A DNA stretch of 41,294 nt from a virus. The position numbers and the translations under genes were made by a program. Position 1 is the stretch's first letter; every line of letters begins with the position of its first letter. Shown here piece by piece: positions 17,373 to 26,876 of this stretch. Where the stretch lies: the UHGV virus genome UHGV-0110231, one strand, 5' to 3'. The notes under the pieces were generated by a model that saw nothing but the letters and a program-made list of their open reading frames with translations, was not told the DNA's origin and did no database searches.

Positions 17373-18068
17373 ATGAATTTATTTGAGCGTTTGCTGTATA
17401 GCCGTCTTTGCAATGAGCAACCAGTCGATGGTGGAGCAGCTCCGGCTGCGTCAGAACCGTCAGCGCCTGCAGGTGATAGCCCTGCTCCAGTTGGTGATCC
17501 ATCACAACAGGAAGGTGATAAGCCACAACCTGTTGCTGATGGCGATAAACCTGCTGATGACAAAAAGCCTGAAAACGATAAGCAGGATGAAAAAAAGGAC
17601 GGCGATAAACCAGAGGGTGCGCCTGAGAAGTACGAGTTTCAGGCTGCCGAAGGCGTAGAGCTGGATACAGAAGCGTTGAAGGAATTCGAGCCGGTGGCGC
17701 GAGAACTTAACCTGACCAACGAGCAAGCGCAAAAGCTGGTTGATGCTTATCCGAAGATTCTGGCAGGTGTTCAGCAGCGCCAGGCAGAAGCCTGGCAGAA
17801 AACAACCGAGCAGTGGGCTGCGGATGTAAAAGCTGACAAAGAAATCGGTGGCGACAAGTTGATTTCTAACCTTAGCGCCGCACAGCGTGCGCTTGACCAG
17901 TTCGGGACACCTGAACTCAAAGAATATCTGAACACCACCGGGCTGGGTAATCACCCTGATCTGGTCAAAACGTTCGTGAAAATCGGAAAGGCGATGTCTG
18001 AAGATGGCATGGTCACCGGTGGTAATGAAGGCCAGCGTAGTGCGGCCGAAGTGCTCTATGGCAAATAA
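17373..18068 (+). CDS. Scaffolding protein
   Basis: Acidic, Pro/Ala/Asp/Lys-rich low-complexity N-terminal half; position between portal and capsid. Confidence 0.65.
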   Translation: MNLFERLLYSRLCNEQPVDGGAAPAASEPSAPAGDSPAPVGDPSQQEGDKPQPVADGDKPADDKKPENDKQDEKKDGDKPEGAPEKYEFQAAEGVELDTEALKEFEPVARELNLTNEQAQKLVDAYPKILAGVQQRQAEAWQKTTEQWAADVKADKEIGGDKLISNLSAAQRALDQFGTPELKEYLNTTGLGNHPDLVKTFVKIGKAMSEDGMVTGGNEGQRSAAEVLYGK

Positions 18069-18076
18069 GAGAGGAA

Positions 18077-19069
18077 ATGACAATGGCTGTTAAAGGCTTA
18101 ACTGCGCTAACGCTGGCTGACTGGGGTAAGCGCGTCGATCCAAACGGGAAAGTCGATAAGATTATCGAGCTTCTCGGTCAAACTAACCCGATCCTTCAGG
18201 ATATGCCTTTTGTCGAAGGGAACCTTCCTACCGGACACCGAACCACCATTCGTTCTGGTTTACCTTCAGCTACCTGGCGTTTGCTGAACTATGGCGTACA
18301 GCCAAGCAAATCAACCACAGTGCAGGTAACCGATTCCGTTGGCATGCTGGAAACCTATGCTGAAGTCGATAAATCACTGGCTGATCTGAACGGCAATACC
18401 GCTGAATTCCGCCTGTCTGAAGACCGCGCATTTATTGAAGCGATGAATCAGCAGATGGCGCAGACGCTGTTTTATGGTGATTCCAGCGTTAACCCTCAGC
18501 AGTTTATGGGACTGTCCTCCCGCTATTCCAGCCTGTCTGCGGGTAATGCTCAGAACATCATTGATGCTGGTGGCACGGGTACAGATAACACCTCAATCTG
18601 GTTAGTGGTGTGGGGCGAAAACACCGTGCATGGCATCTTCCCGAAAGGGCAGAAGGCTGGCATCCAGATGGAAGATAAAGGCCAGGTGACACTGGAAGAT
18701 GCTAATGGCGGCAAGTACGAAGGCTATCGCACCCATTACAAATGGGACAACGGACTTGCTCTGCGTGACTGGCGTTATGTTGTTCGCATTGCAAACATCG
18801 ATGTCAGCAATCTTTCAGAACCTTCCTCTGCCGCAAATATTGCGAAGTTGATGGTTAAAGCACTGCATCGCATTCCAAACCGTGGAATGGGTCGCCCGGT
18901 GTTCTACATGAACCGCACTGTAGGCCAGGCTCTTGATCTGCAATCTCTGGAGAAAACATCTCTGGCGATCAGCGTAAAAGAGACAGAAGGCGAGTGGTGG
19001 ACTTCATTCCGTGGTGTACCAATCCGTGAAACTGATGCGCTTCTGGAAACAGAAGCCCGTGTGGTGTAA
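18077..19069 (+). CDS. Major capsid protein
   Basis: 330 aa; position after the scaffold gene; followed by a stem-loop. Confidence 0.75.
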   Translation: MTMAVKGLTALTLADWGKRVDPNGKVDKIIELLGQTNPILQDMPFVEGNLPTGHRTTIRSGLPSATWRLLNYGVQPSKSTTVQVTDSVGMLETYAEVDKSLADLNGNTAEFRLSEDRAFIEAMNQQMAQTLFYGDSSVNPQQFMGLSSRYSSLSAGNAQNIIDAGGTGTDNTSIWLVVWGENTVHGIFPKGQKAGIQMEDKGQVTLEDANGGKYEGYRTHYKWDNGLALRDWRYVVRIANIDVSNLSEPSSAANIAKLMVKALHRIPNRGMGRPVFYMNRTVGQALDLQSLEKTSLAISVKETEGEWWTSFRGVPIRETDALLETEARVV

Positions 19070-19120
19070 CGCCTGTTATTAACCAGTGGGTCGTAACAGA
19101 CCCACTAATGGAGAAAGAAG

Positions 19121-19558
19121 ATGATCACCGACAAACTGTTGATGTTCTCCGAAGCACAGGCGGTAACTGATACCGCGGCTTCTACTGACGTAATCGATCT
19201 AGGTCCAATTGATGGAAATCGTCGCGATATCGGCGTGGGTTACCCGCTTGAGTTTTGGGCGCTGGTTAACGAAGCCGCCACGGCAAGTGGTGAGGCAACT
19301 GTAAACATCCAGTTGCAGACGAGTGAGAATAACAGCTCATGGTCCACTATTTATGATAGTGGCGCACTGGCAAAGGCTACCCTGACAGCAGGTAAACGAG
19401 TTGTTTCTGCAAAGGTGCCTGCCGGTGTTCAGCGATATCTGCGTGTTAACTACTCCGTCGCAACTGGCCCACTAACGGCCGGCAAATTCACTGCGGGTAT
19501 TAGTCTGGATGTTGATGCCAATACACCGTACCCGATCCGCTCAAAAGTAACTGGTTAA
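19121..19558 (+). CDS. Putative capsid decoration/stabilisation protein
   Basis: 145 aa; directly downstream of the capsid gene. Confidence 0.4.
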   Translation: MITDKLLMFSEAQAVTDTAASTDVIDLGPIDGNRRDIGVGYPLEFWALVNEAATASGEATVNIQLQTSENNSSWSTIYDSGALAKATLTAGKRVVSAKVPAGVQRYLRVNYSVATGPLTAGKFTAGISLDVDANTPYPIRSKVTG

Positions 19559-19568
19559 GGTGATTTCG

Positions 19569-19904
19569 ATGTCAGGTGAGAAACCAAGATACCGCGTTCT
19601 GCGCCTCTCTCATATCCATAACACACTGTGGCCGGAGGGGGCAGAAATCGAATACGAAGGTGAGCCTGGTAGCGCACTGGAACCTGTTAACGATGCAGCC
19701 AGACAGGCAAAAGCAAAGGTAGCAGGAAAGGTGACTATGGCAGCAACCAGCACCAAAATCATCAACGATGTGTCAGATGATGGTGAACTGGATAAGCTCC
19801 GTGAAGAGTACGAATTGCTCTTTAACGAGAAGCCACACCATAACGCCAAAGCCGAAACGCTCCGCGAGAAGATCGCAGATAAGCGTAAAGAACTGGGCGT
19901 GTAA
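19569..19904 (+). CDS. Hypothetical structural-module protein
   Basis: AAGGTG Shine-Dalgarno; followed by a terminator. Confidence 0.45.
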   Translation: MSGEKPRYRVLRLSHIHNTLWPEGAEIEYEGEPGSALEPVNDAARQAKAKVAGKVTMAATSTKIINDVSDDGELDKLREEYELLFNEKPHHNAKAETLREKIADKRKELGV

Positions 19905-19920
19905 GCCTCGCGAATCAGAC

Positions 19921-19942
19921 AAGGGGCTTCGGCCCCTTTATT
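19921..19942 (+). terminator. Rho-independent terminator
   Basis: AAGGGGC-ttcg-GCCCCTT followed by TATT. Confidence 0.5.
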
Positions 19943-19954
19943 GCAGGAGTGTAT

Positions 19955-20278
19955 ATGGAACTCGTAAACCTCAAAACCGGCACTGACAGCTACCAGGATG
20001 AGAGCGGAGAAACCAGAACTCGCGATGAATACCCGTGGGGGCTGTGCATCACTCTTAATAATGACACATTGAATAAGCTGAAGGCGCAACCTCAGGGCGT
20101 CGGAACAGAAGTGATGATAACTGCAAGGGCTGTTATTCGAGGCCTGTCTGCCAGAGAAACTGACGATGGTGTTAACCGCAGCGCCGATCTGCAGATCACT
20201 GATATGGCGATCGCTCCTGTTTCCGGGGATGTAGAAAAATCAGCGGCTGAAACCCTGTACGGCAATGGGGGTGAGTAA
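19955..20278 (+). CDS. Hypothetical virion protein
   Basis: AGGAGTG Shine-Dalgarno; coupled to the downstream gene. Confidence 0.45.
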   Translation: MELVNLKTGTDSYQDESGETRTRDEYPWGLCITLNNDTLNKLKAQPQGVGTEVMITARAVIRGLSARETDDGVNRSADLQITDMAIAPVSGDVEKSAAETLYGNGGE

Positions 20279-20883
20279 TGGCCTCTGTAGTAGAGATCTG
20301 CAATCGTGCGCTGTCCAATATTGGCAACAGCCGCAGCATTAACAGCCTGACGGAAGCCAGCAAGGAAGCGGGGGAATGTTCGCTGCACTTTGAGGCCTGC
20401 CGTGATGCTGTGCTTTCTGATTTTGACTGGAACTTTGCTACCAAACGCGTGGCGCTTGCAAATACGAGCAATCCACCGCCTGACTGGGAATATGCGTATC
20501 AGTACCCGTCCGATTGTCTGCGCATTACTGAAATTATGCTTCCTGGTGTACGCAATCCAACAGCAGCAATGCGCGTTCAGTACGAAGTTGGTGCAGACAC
20601 CAACGGAACAGGAAAGTTGATCTACACAGACCAGCCGCAGGCATGGCTCAAGTATGTCTCTCGCGTTTCAGATGTGAACATGTTTGATGCCATTTTTATG
20701 GAGGCGTTGGCCTGGCGTCTTGCGGCAGCTATTAACATGGCGCTGACTGGGAATGCAGACCTCGGTACGTTTGCCCTCAATATGTACAATCTCGTGATTC
20801 TTAGTGCTGGCTCGCATAGCCAGAATGAATCACAGGAACCACAGCCACCGGTTGACGAGTTTACCATTGCGAGGTTGTCCTGA
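20278..20883 (+). CDS. Tail tubular protein A / adaptor (T7 gp11-like)
   Basis: 201 aa; size and position before the large nozzle gene. Confidence 0.5.
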   Translation: MASVVEICNRALSNIGNSRSINSLTEASKEAGECSLHFEACRDAVLSDFDWNFATKRVALANTSNPPPDWEYAYQYPSDCLRITEIMLPGVRNPTAAMRVQYEVGADTNGTGKLIYTDQPQAWLKYVSRVSDVNMFDAIFMEALAWRLAAAINMALTGNADLGTFALNMYNLVILSAGSHSQNESQEPQPPVDEFTIARLS

Positions 20884-23354
20884 TGGCTATCAGTTGGATC
20901 CAGCCCAGCTTTGCCGGTGGTGAGATTGGACCGTCGTTGTACGGGCGTATTGACATGGCGAAGTACCAGGTAGCATTGCGCAAGTGCGATAACTTTATCG
21001 TGCGGCAGTATGGCGGCGTTGAGAATCGACCTGGTACGCGTTTTGTCGGTGCCGCCAAATACCCAAATCGGAAATGCCGCCTGATCCCGTTCCAGTTCTC
21101 GACGGTTCAGACTTATGCTCTGGAGTTCGGACACCAGTACATGCGCGTTATCAAAGATGGTGCGTTGGTGCTGAACAGCAGCAATGTTATTTATGAAATT
21201 GCCACGCCATATACTGAAGCCGATCTGTTCCGAATTAAATTCACGCAAAGCGCAGACGTGCTTACGCTGGTTCATCCGGCATACCCGCCGAAAGAGTTGC
21301 GCCGCTATGCGCATGACAACTGGCAACTGGTTGATGTGGTAACGAAGAACGGGCCATTTGAAGATATCAATATTGACGAGTCAGTGACGGTTTATGCCAG
21401 CGCCAGCACCGGGACAATTACGTTAACGGCAAGCGCCTCTATTTTTGGCGCGGAGCAGGTAGGCAAATTGTTCTATCTGGAACAGCCTGCAGTGGATTCA
21501 GTGCCGGTATGGGAAACCAGTAAGAGTACGTCGATTGGCGATATTCGCCGTGCAGACAGTAACTACTATCGCGCCGTTACAGCAGGCAAAACAGGCACTT
21601 TGCGCCCTTCGCATACAGAAGGCACATCATGGGATGGCTGGGGCGGATCCGGTGATGATGATACTGGCATTGAGTGGGAGTATCTGCACAGTGGTTTTGG
21701 TATTGCCCGTATCACTGCTGTAAACGGCACTACTGCAACTGCCGAGGTGATTTCCTATATCCCTTCGCAGGTCGTTGGCGAGGATAATGCCAGCTATAAA
21801 TGGGCTAAATATGCCTGGAACAGTGTTAATGGTTATCCTGGCACTGTTGTTTATTATCAACAACGTCTTTACTTCGCCGCATCGACTGCGTTCCCTCAGA
21901 CTATCTGGGCCAGCCGTACTGGGGATTATAAGGATTTTGGCAAAAGCAATCCTACGCAGGATGACGACAGAATTATCTACACCTATGCCGGGCGTCAGGT
22001 TAATGAGATCCGCCACCTGATTGATGTCGGTTCGCTGGTGGCGCTGACTTCCGGAGGTGAGTACGTCATCACCGGCGACCAGAACAAAGTATTAACCCCA
22101 TCATCATTTGCATTCAGCTCTCAGGGATCAAATGGCTCGAGCAATGTCCCACCAATTGCCGTGGCGAATATTGCTCTGTTCGTCCAGGAGAAAGGCAGTG
22201 TTGTCCGTGATCTGGCCTACTCATTCGATGTTGACGGCTATCAGGGGAACGACCTGACAATCCTTGCCAATCATCTTTTTCAGAAGCACAGCATTGTTGA
22301 CTGGTGCTTCTCTATTGTCCCTTACTCCAGCGCCTTCTGCATTCGTGATGACGGTAAATTACTGGTGATGACCTATTTGCGTGATCAGCAGGTTTTTGCA
22401 TGGGCACCACAATCCAGTACCGGAAAATATGAAAGCACATGCAGTATCAGCGAAGGCAATGAAGATGCGGTGTATTTCGTCGTTAACCGAACCGTTAACG
22501 GGCAAACAGTGAGATACATCGAGCGGCTGTCCAGCCGTTTATTTACCAGCGATGAAGATGCTTTCTTTGTTGATTCTGGCCTTAGCTATGATGGAAGAAA
22601 TACGTCTGACAGAACGATGACCATCACTGGTGGTTCTGGTGAATGGGATTACCGTGCGGAATATACAATCAGTGTTTCTGGTGGTGCGTACTTCACCAGT
22701 GGCGATGTCGGTGCGCAACTACAGTTCCCTTATACCGGAACTGATCCTGATACTGGCGATGAAGTGTCAAAAGAATTACGTTGCGACATCATTTCTGTAA
22801 CCAGCAATACCGCTGTAGTGGTTCGTGCTAACAGGAACGTCCCGCCATCCCTCAGGAATGTGGCCACCACGAACTGGCAGATGGCGCGTCGGACATTTGG
22901 AGGCCTGTCTCATCTTGAAGGACAGATCGTAAACATTCTTTCTGATGCGAATGTTGAGCCACAGAAAGTTATTTCCGGAGGTGCCGTCACACTGGAATCT
23001 CCGGGGGCTATAGTGCACATCGGCCTGCCAATAACTGCTGAATTCGAAACACTGGATATCAACATTAACGGACAGGAAACGCTGCTGGACAAAAAACAGG
23101 TGATCCCCTCCGTTACTCTGGTTGTGAATGCCAGCCGCGGCATCTGGGCGACTACGCCTGGCGGTAAATGGTACGAATATCCACAGCGTGAATTCGAGTT
23201 CTACGATGATCCTGTTGATGATGCTACCGGAAAAGTGGAAGTGAAACTGGACAGTAACTGGGGCAAAAACGGACGTGTAAAAATCCGTCAGCTTGACCCG
23301 TTGCCGCTGTCTGTTCTTGCCGTTATTCCTCGCCTTACTGTTGGGGGATTCTGA
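20883..23354 (+). CDS. Tail tubular protein B / nozzle (T7 gp12-like)
   Basis: 823 aa; size and position. Confidence 0.55.
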   Translation: MAISWIQPSFAGGEIGPSLYGRIDMAKYQVALRKCDNFIVRQYGGVENRPGTRFVGAAKYPNRKCRLIPFQFSTVQTYALEFGHQYMRVIKDGALVLNSSNVIYEIATPYTEADLFRIKFTQSADVLTLVHPAYPPKELRRYAHDNWQLVDVVTKNGPFEDINIDESVTVYASASTGTITLTASASIFGAEQVGKLFYLEQPAVDSVPVWETSKSTSIGDIRRADSNYYRAVTAGKTGTLRPSHTEGTSWDGWGGSGDDDTGIEWEYLHSGFGIARITAVNGTTATAEVISYIPSQVVGEDNASYKWAKYAWNSVNGYPGTVVYYQQRLYFAASTAFPQTIWASRTGDYKDFGKSNPTQDDDRIIYTYAGRQVNEIRHLIDVGSLVALTSGGEYVITGDQNKVLTPSSFAFSSQGSNGSSNVPPIAVANIALFVQEKGSVVRDLAYSFDVDGYQGNDLTILANHLFQKHSIVDWCFSIVPYSSAFCIRDDGKLLVMTYLRDQQVFAWAPQSSTGKYESTCSISEGNEDAVYFVVNRTVNGQTVRYIERLSSRLFTSDEDAFFVDSGLSYDGRNTSDRTMTITGGSGEWDYRAEYTISVSGGAYFTSGDVGAQLQFPYTGTDPDTGDEVSKELRCDIISVTSNTAVVVRANRNVPPSLRNVATTNWQMARRTFGGLSHLEGQIVNILSDANVEPQKVISGGAVTLESPGAIVHIGLPITAEFETLDININGQETLLDKKQVIPSVTLVVNASRGIWATTPGGKWYEYPQREFEFYDDPVDDATGKVEVKLDSNWGKNGRVKIRQLDPLPLSVLAVIPRLTVGGF

Positions 23355-23818
23355 TGATCGATGTTCGAATTGTTCCCGCTACCGAAGAGCATCTTCAGAT
23401 GATTTTGCCGGATGTTCGTCAGGCTGATATTGACGAACTGTATGCGGTATCGCTGATGACTACCGAAGATGCGCTGCGTGTTGGTCTTCGCACTGCGACT
23501 ATGGCCTGGTCAGGATTTGCGAACGGAGAACTGGTAACCATGTTTGGCGTATCTCCGGCGTCAATGATCGGTGGCAATGGTACGCCCTGGCTGGTAGGAA
23601 CCAGCCGTATTGAAAAATATCAGAAGACATTTCTTCGCCACTGCCGCCCTGTATTGCAGCAGATGCTGGCAGTTTATCCGCGCCTGGAAAACTACGTCGA
23701 CGAGCGAAACCATGTTGCCAAAGCATGGCTGCACTGGCTTGGATTCAGGCTTGAAGAAGCCGCGCCTTATGGTGCTCTTGGTCTTAATTTCCACAGATTT
23801 CACATGGAGAGAAAATAA
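23354..23818 (+). CDS. Internal virion protein (small)
   Basis: 154 aa; coupled within the tail/ejection operon. Confidence 0.45.
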   Translation: MIDVRIVPATEEHLQMILPDVRQADIDELYAVSLMTTEDALRVGLRTATMAWSGFANGELVTMFGVSPASMIGGNGTPWLVGTSRIEKYQKTFLRHCRPVLQQMLAVYPRLENYVDERNHVAKAWLHWLGFRLEEAAPYGALGLNFHRFHMERK

Positions 23819-24363
23819 TGTGCGATCCGGTTATTGCTGGTGGCGCAATGCTCGCCATGAGTGGCATTCAGGCATACACCCAGTACCAACAGGGAAAGTA
23901 TGCCTCGAAGGTTGCAGAAGCGAACGCAGATATAGCCACTGCTCAGGCAAATGATGCAATAAACAGAGGTAACGCTGAAGCTGAGCAACGGCGCAGAGAG
24001 ACCCGACAGCGGCTTGGTACACAGGCGGCGACAATGGGGGCTACCGGCGCTGATTTATCTACAGGTAACGCGCTGGATATATTTGGCGACACTGCCCAGT
24101 TTGGCGCTCTTGATTCGCTGACGACGGTGAATAACGCGCAACGCGAGGCTTACGGTTATCAGGTTCAGGCTGCCAACTATAAAGCAGAAGCCAGTTCAGC
24201 CCGTAAACAGGGGAATGTGGGAGCAGCAACAACATTGCTCACTGCGCCTCTGAAGGCATACGGTGCGTACCAGATGTTTGGTGGGACGTGGAGTCCGTTT
24301 ACTCAAAGCACTCCTGCGCCAATCGGGGCAGCAGCAGGAACCAGATTACCCGGAGGATTATAA
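23818..24363 (+). CDS. Internal virion protein (gp14-like position)
   Basis: 181 aa; Gly/Ala/Gln-rich. Confidence 0.45.
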   Translation: MCDPVIAGGAMLAMSGIQAYTQYQQGKYASKVAEANADIATAQANDAINRGNAEAEQRRRETRQRLGTQAATMGATGADLSTGNALDIFGDTAQFGALDSLTTVNNAQREAYGYQVQAANYKAEASSARKQGNVGAATTLLTAPLKAYGAYQMFGGTWSPFTQSTPAPIGAAAGTRLPGGL

Positions 24364-26876
24364 TGCCAGTCGTACCAACAGTATCCGGACGTCAGGTTGA
24401 GAGCCGTGGAGTTCAGTCAGCAGGCTTGCAGACGTTTTCTCAGCCAGGTATTGGTGATGCTTTTGTTCTGGCAGGGGCAGAGACTATTGATGTTTTTGGT
24501 CAGGCAAAACAGCGTGCCAATATCGCTCTGGCTCAGGAGGCATCTCTTAACCTCAGTCAGATAAGCAGCGATCTGCTGAATAACCCTGAAACAGGGTTGC
24601 TTAACCTGAAAGGGAAAAATGCTATTGGAAAAGGCCATGAGTATACGCAGCAGTTTGATGCTCAGGTCGAACAACTGGCTATGTCGCTGCCGGATGAACA
24701 GGCTCGTAATACTTTCATGCAGCAGGCGCAGCAGCAGCGCATTCAGTTCACTACGCAGGCCGGGCGGCACGAGATAGGGCAAATAAACGCCTACGAAGAA
24801 GGCCAGTTTCAGGCTACGCTGCTGAACAATGGTAAAAATGCCGCAGCATTGTATGGCGACAACGCCGCATACGTATTGGCTAATAAGCAAACTTTCCAGC
24901 AAATTGAGGATTACGGCATTGCGCATGGCTGGAGCGACGAGCAAATCCAGGCCAAGAAAGTCGAGTTTAAAGAGAAGGTTGCTGATGCCGCATTGTCCCA
25001 GTGGTCGGCAAACAATGCGACCGCATTCATCCAAAGTAATGGCGAGTTAAGTGATACTGCTGCTGGAGCTCGCCGTGCTGTAGCAGATAGTGACTCTTCC
25101 GAGCGTGCCCGTGGCATACGCAACAATAACCCAGGAAATCTCGAATACAGCAAAACTAATCCGTGGGTAGGCCAGACCGGTGATGATGGTCGATTTGCTA
25201 AATTCGAAACACCTGAACACGGGATTCGTGCATTAGGGCGAAACCTGATGTCGTATCAGAGGCAGGGTATTGATACCGTCAGCGAGATAATTAATCGCTG
25301 GGCACCGCCTACTGATAAAAATGACACTATGTCGTATATCAAAGCAGTGTGCGAACAACTTGGCGTTTCTGCTGATGAGCCTCTCGATGCATCTAATCCT
25401 GATACCCTGAAGGCGCTTTGTGCAGCCATTATCCATCATGAGAACGGTAGCCAGCCATACAGTGATCAGCAGTTAACTGCTGGTGTCAGTGCAGCACTTG
25501 GTTTATCAACAATTCCAACCAACACCAAACGCTATACCGGTAATGCAGCATTCGATGCGGCATCTCCTGAGGCGCAGGCAAGTTTTATGCGAAAGGCGGA
25601 TCAACTGCGTCGGCAGCAGCAGGCTGAATATAAAACGATGATTGACAGCCAGGTTCGCGATGCGACAGCTGCGTATATGCGTGGCGTTGAATTTCCTAAC
25701 CCACCTGGTGAGGCTGATTTTATTGCAGCTTATGGAGTCAGAGAAGGAAACCTGCGATATACCGAGTTCAGAAATACGCAAATCGCCGGACAGTATATAG
25801 GCTCTTTCCGCAACATGCCGACAAGCAGCATTACAGCATATGTTGAGCAATTACGCCCGGATACTGGTGAGACAGGGGAGGGTTATGCGGCACGAGCCGC
25901 TCTTTATGACAACGTTGTGTCGGCTGCAAATCAGGTGATAAAGCAGCGACAGGCTGATCCTGTACAGTTCTCTCTTGCCGCCGGACAGGCAAAGCCTATC
26001 GACATGAGCAATAAGGATAACTTTGGACAGAGCGTTGCCTTGCGTGCTGCTCAGGTCAGTGACCTTGCTAAGTCATATGGCACTCCACTGACGTTCTTTT
26101 CCAAAGACGAGGCCAATCAGATCGGTGTTTTCTTTCGTGATGCGCCCGTTTCCCAACAGGCAGCATATCTCGATACCATCAGGCAGAGCACTGGTGGTGG
26201 GCAGGTGTATATGTCAGCACTACAGCAGATCAGTGCCAACGCTCCATCTGCTGCCGTTGCCGGGATACTGATGGATAAGCCAGGTGGTATTTTGGCAGAA
26301 AAAAACTGGTTTAATCCGGATGTTTCCGTGTCTCCTGAAACCGCTGCGCAGACAATTCTTGCTGGCGCGGCGGCTCGTAAAGGTACTGATGACGCGAAAG
26401 GTATTCCGATGCCTAAAGATGCTGATCTCCGCCTTGAGTTTTCTGACATGGTGAAGGATGCATTTGCTGGTGATGCTCAGGGGGCATCAATGGCATACGA
26501 GATCGCAAAGGACTATTACGCTGGTGTGATGGCGAAAAAAGGCGTGGTATCAGGCGAAATTGACAATGATATCTGGAAACAGGCTGTTAACGTAGCTACA
26601 GGTGGCGTGCATGACTATAACGGAATGGGGAATGTTCTTTTGCCGTGGGGAATGTCTGCAGAGCAATTCGATAAGCAGGTTAATCAGGCTTGGAATGAAC
26701 AAGTTGTTGGCACAGGGATAAAAACACCGCCTGGTCAGTATGGTTTGCAAAGTTACGGCGATAGTCAGTACCTGGTGAAACTTGGTACTGGTTATCTGCT
26801 AAAAGATGATGGTTCTCCCGTTGTTCTTGATCTGACACAGAAGCGTCAGAGATTCTCCGGAGATATTCCGCAATGA
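24363..26876 (+). CDS. Large internal virion / ejection protein
   Basis: 837 aa from the ATG at 24363 (TAATG overlap with the previous stop). Confidence 0.55.
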   Translation: MPVVPTVSGRQVESRGVQSAGLQTFSQPGIGDAFVLAGAETIDVFGQAKQRANIALAQEASLNLSQISSDLLNNPETGLLNLKGKNAIGKGHEYTQQFDAQVEQLAMSLPDEQARNTFMQQAQQQRIQFTTQAGRHEIGQINAYEEGQFQATLLNNGKNAAALYGDNAAYVLANKQTFQQIEDYGIAHGWSDEQIQAKKVEFKEKVADAALSQWSANNATAFIQSNGELSDTAAGARRAVADSDSSERARGIRNNNPGNLEYSKTNPWVGQTGDDGRFAKFETPEHGIRALGRNLMSYQRQGIDTVSEIINRWAPPTDKNDTMSYIKAVCEQLGVSADEPLDASNPDTLKALCAAIIHHENGSQPYSDQQLTAGVSAALGLSTIPTNTKRYTGNAAFDAASPEAQASFMRKADQLRRQQQAEYKTMIDSQVRDATAAYMRGVEFPNPPGEADFIAAYGVREGNLRYTEFRNTQIAGQYIGSFRNMPTSSITAYVEQLRPDTGETGEGYAARAALYDNVVSAANQVIKQRQADPVQFSLAAGQAKPIDMSNKDNFGQSVALRAAQVSDLAKSYGTPLTFFSKDEANQIGVFFRDAPVSQQAAYLDTIRQSTGGGQVYMSALQQISANAPSAAVAGILMDKPGGILAEKNWFNPDVSVSPETAAQTILAGAAARKGTDDAKGIPMPKDADLRLEFSDMVKDAFAGDAQGASMAYEIAKDYYAGVMAKKGVVSGEIDNDIWKQAVNVATGGVHDYNGMGNVLLPWGMSAEQFDKQVNQAWNEQVVGTGIKTPPGQYGLQSYGDSQYLVKLGTGYLLKDDGSPVVLDLTQKRQRFSGDIPQ

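Noticed and set aside
24288-24362. Upstream extension of the large ejection-protein ORF (track start at 24288)
   Set aside because: The extension overlaps the preceding gene; the ATG at 24363 forms a TAATG junction with the previous stop, typical of coupled phage genes
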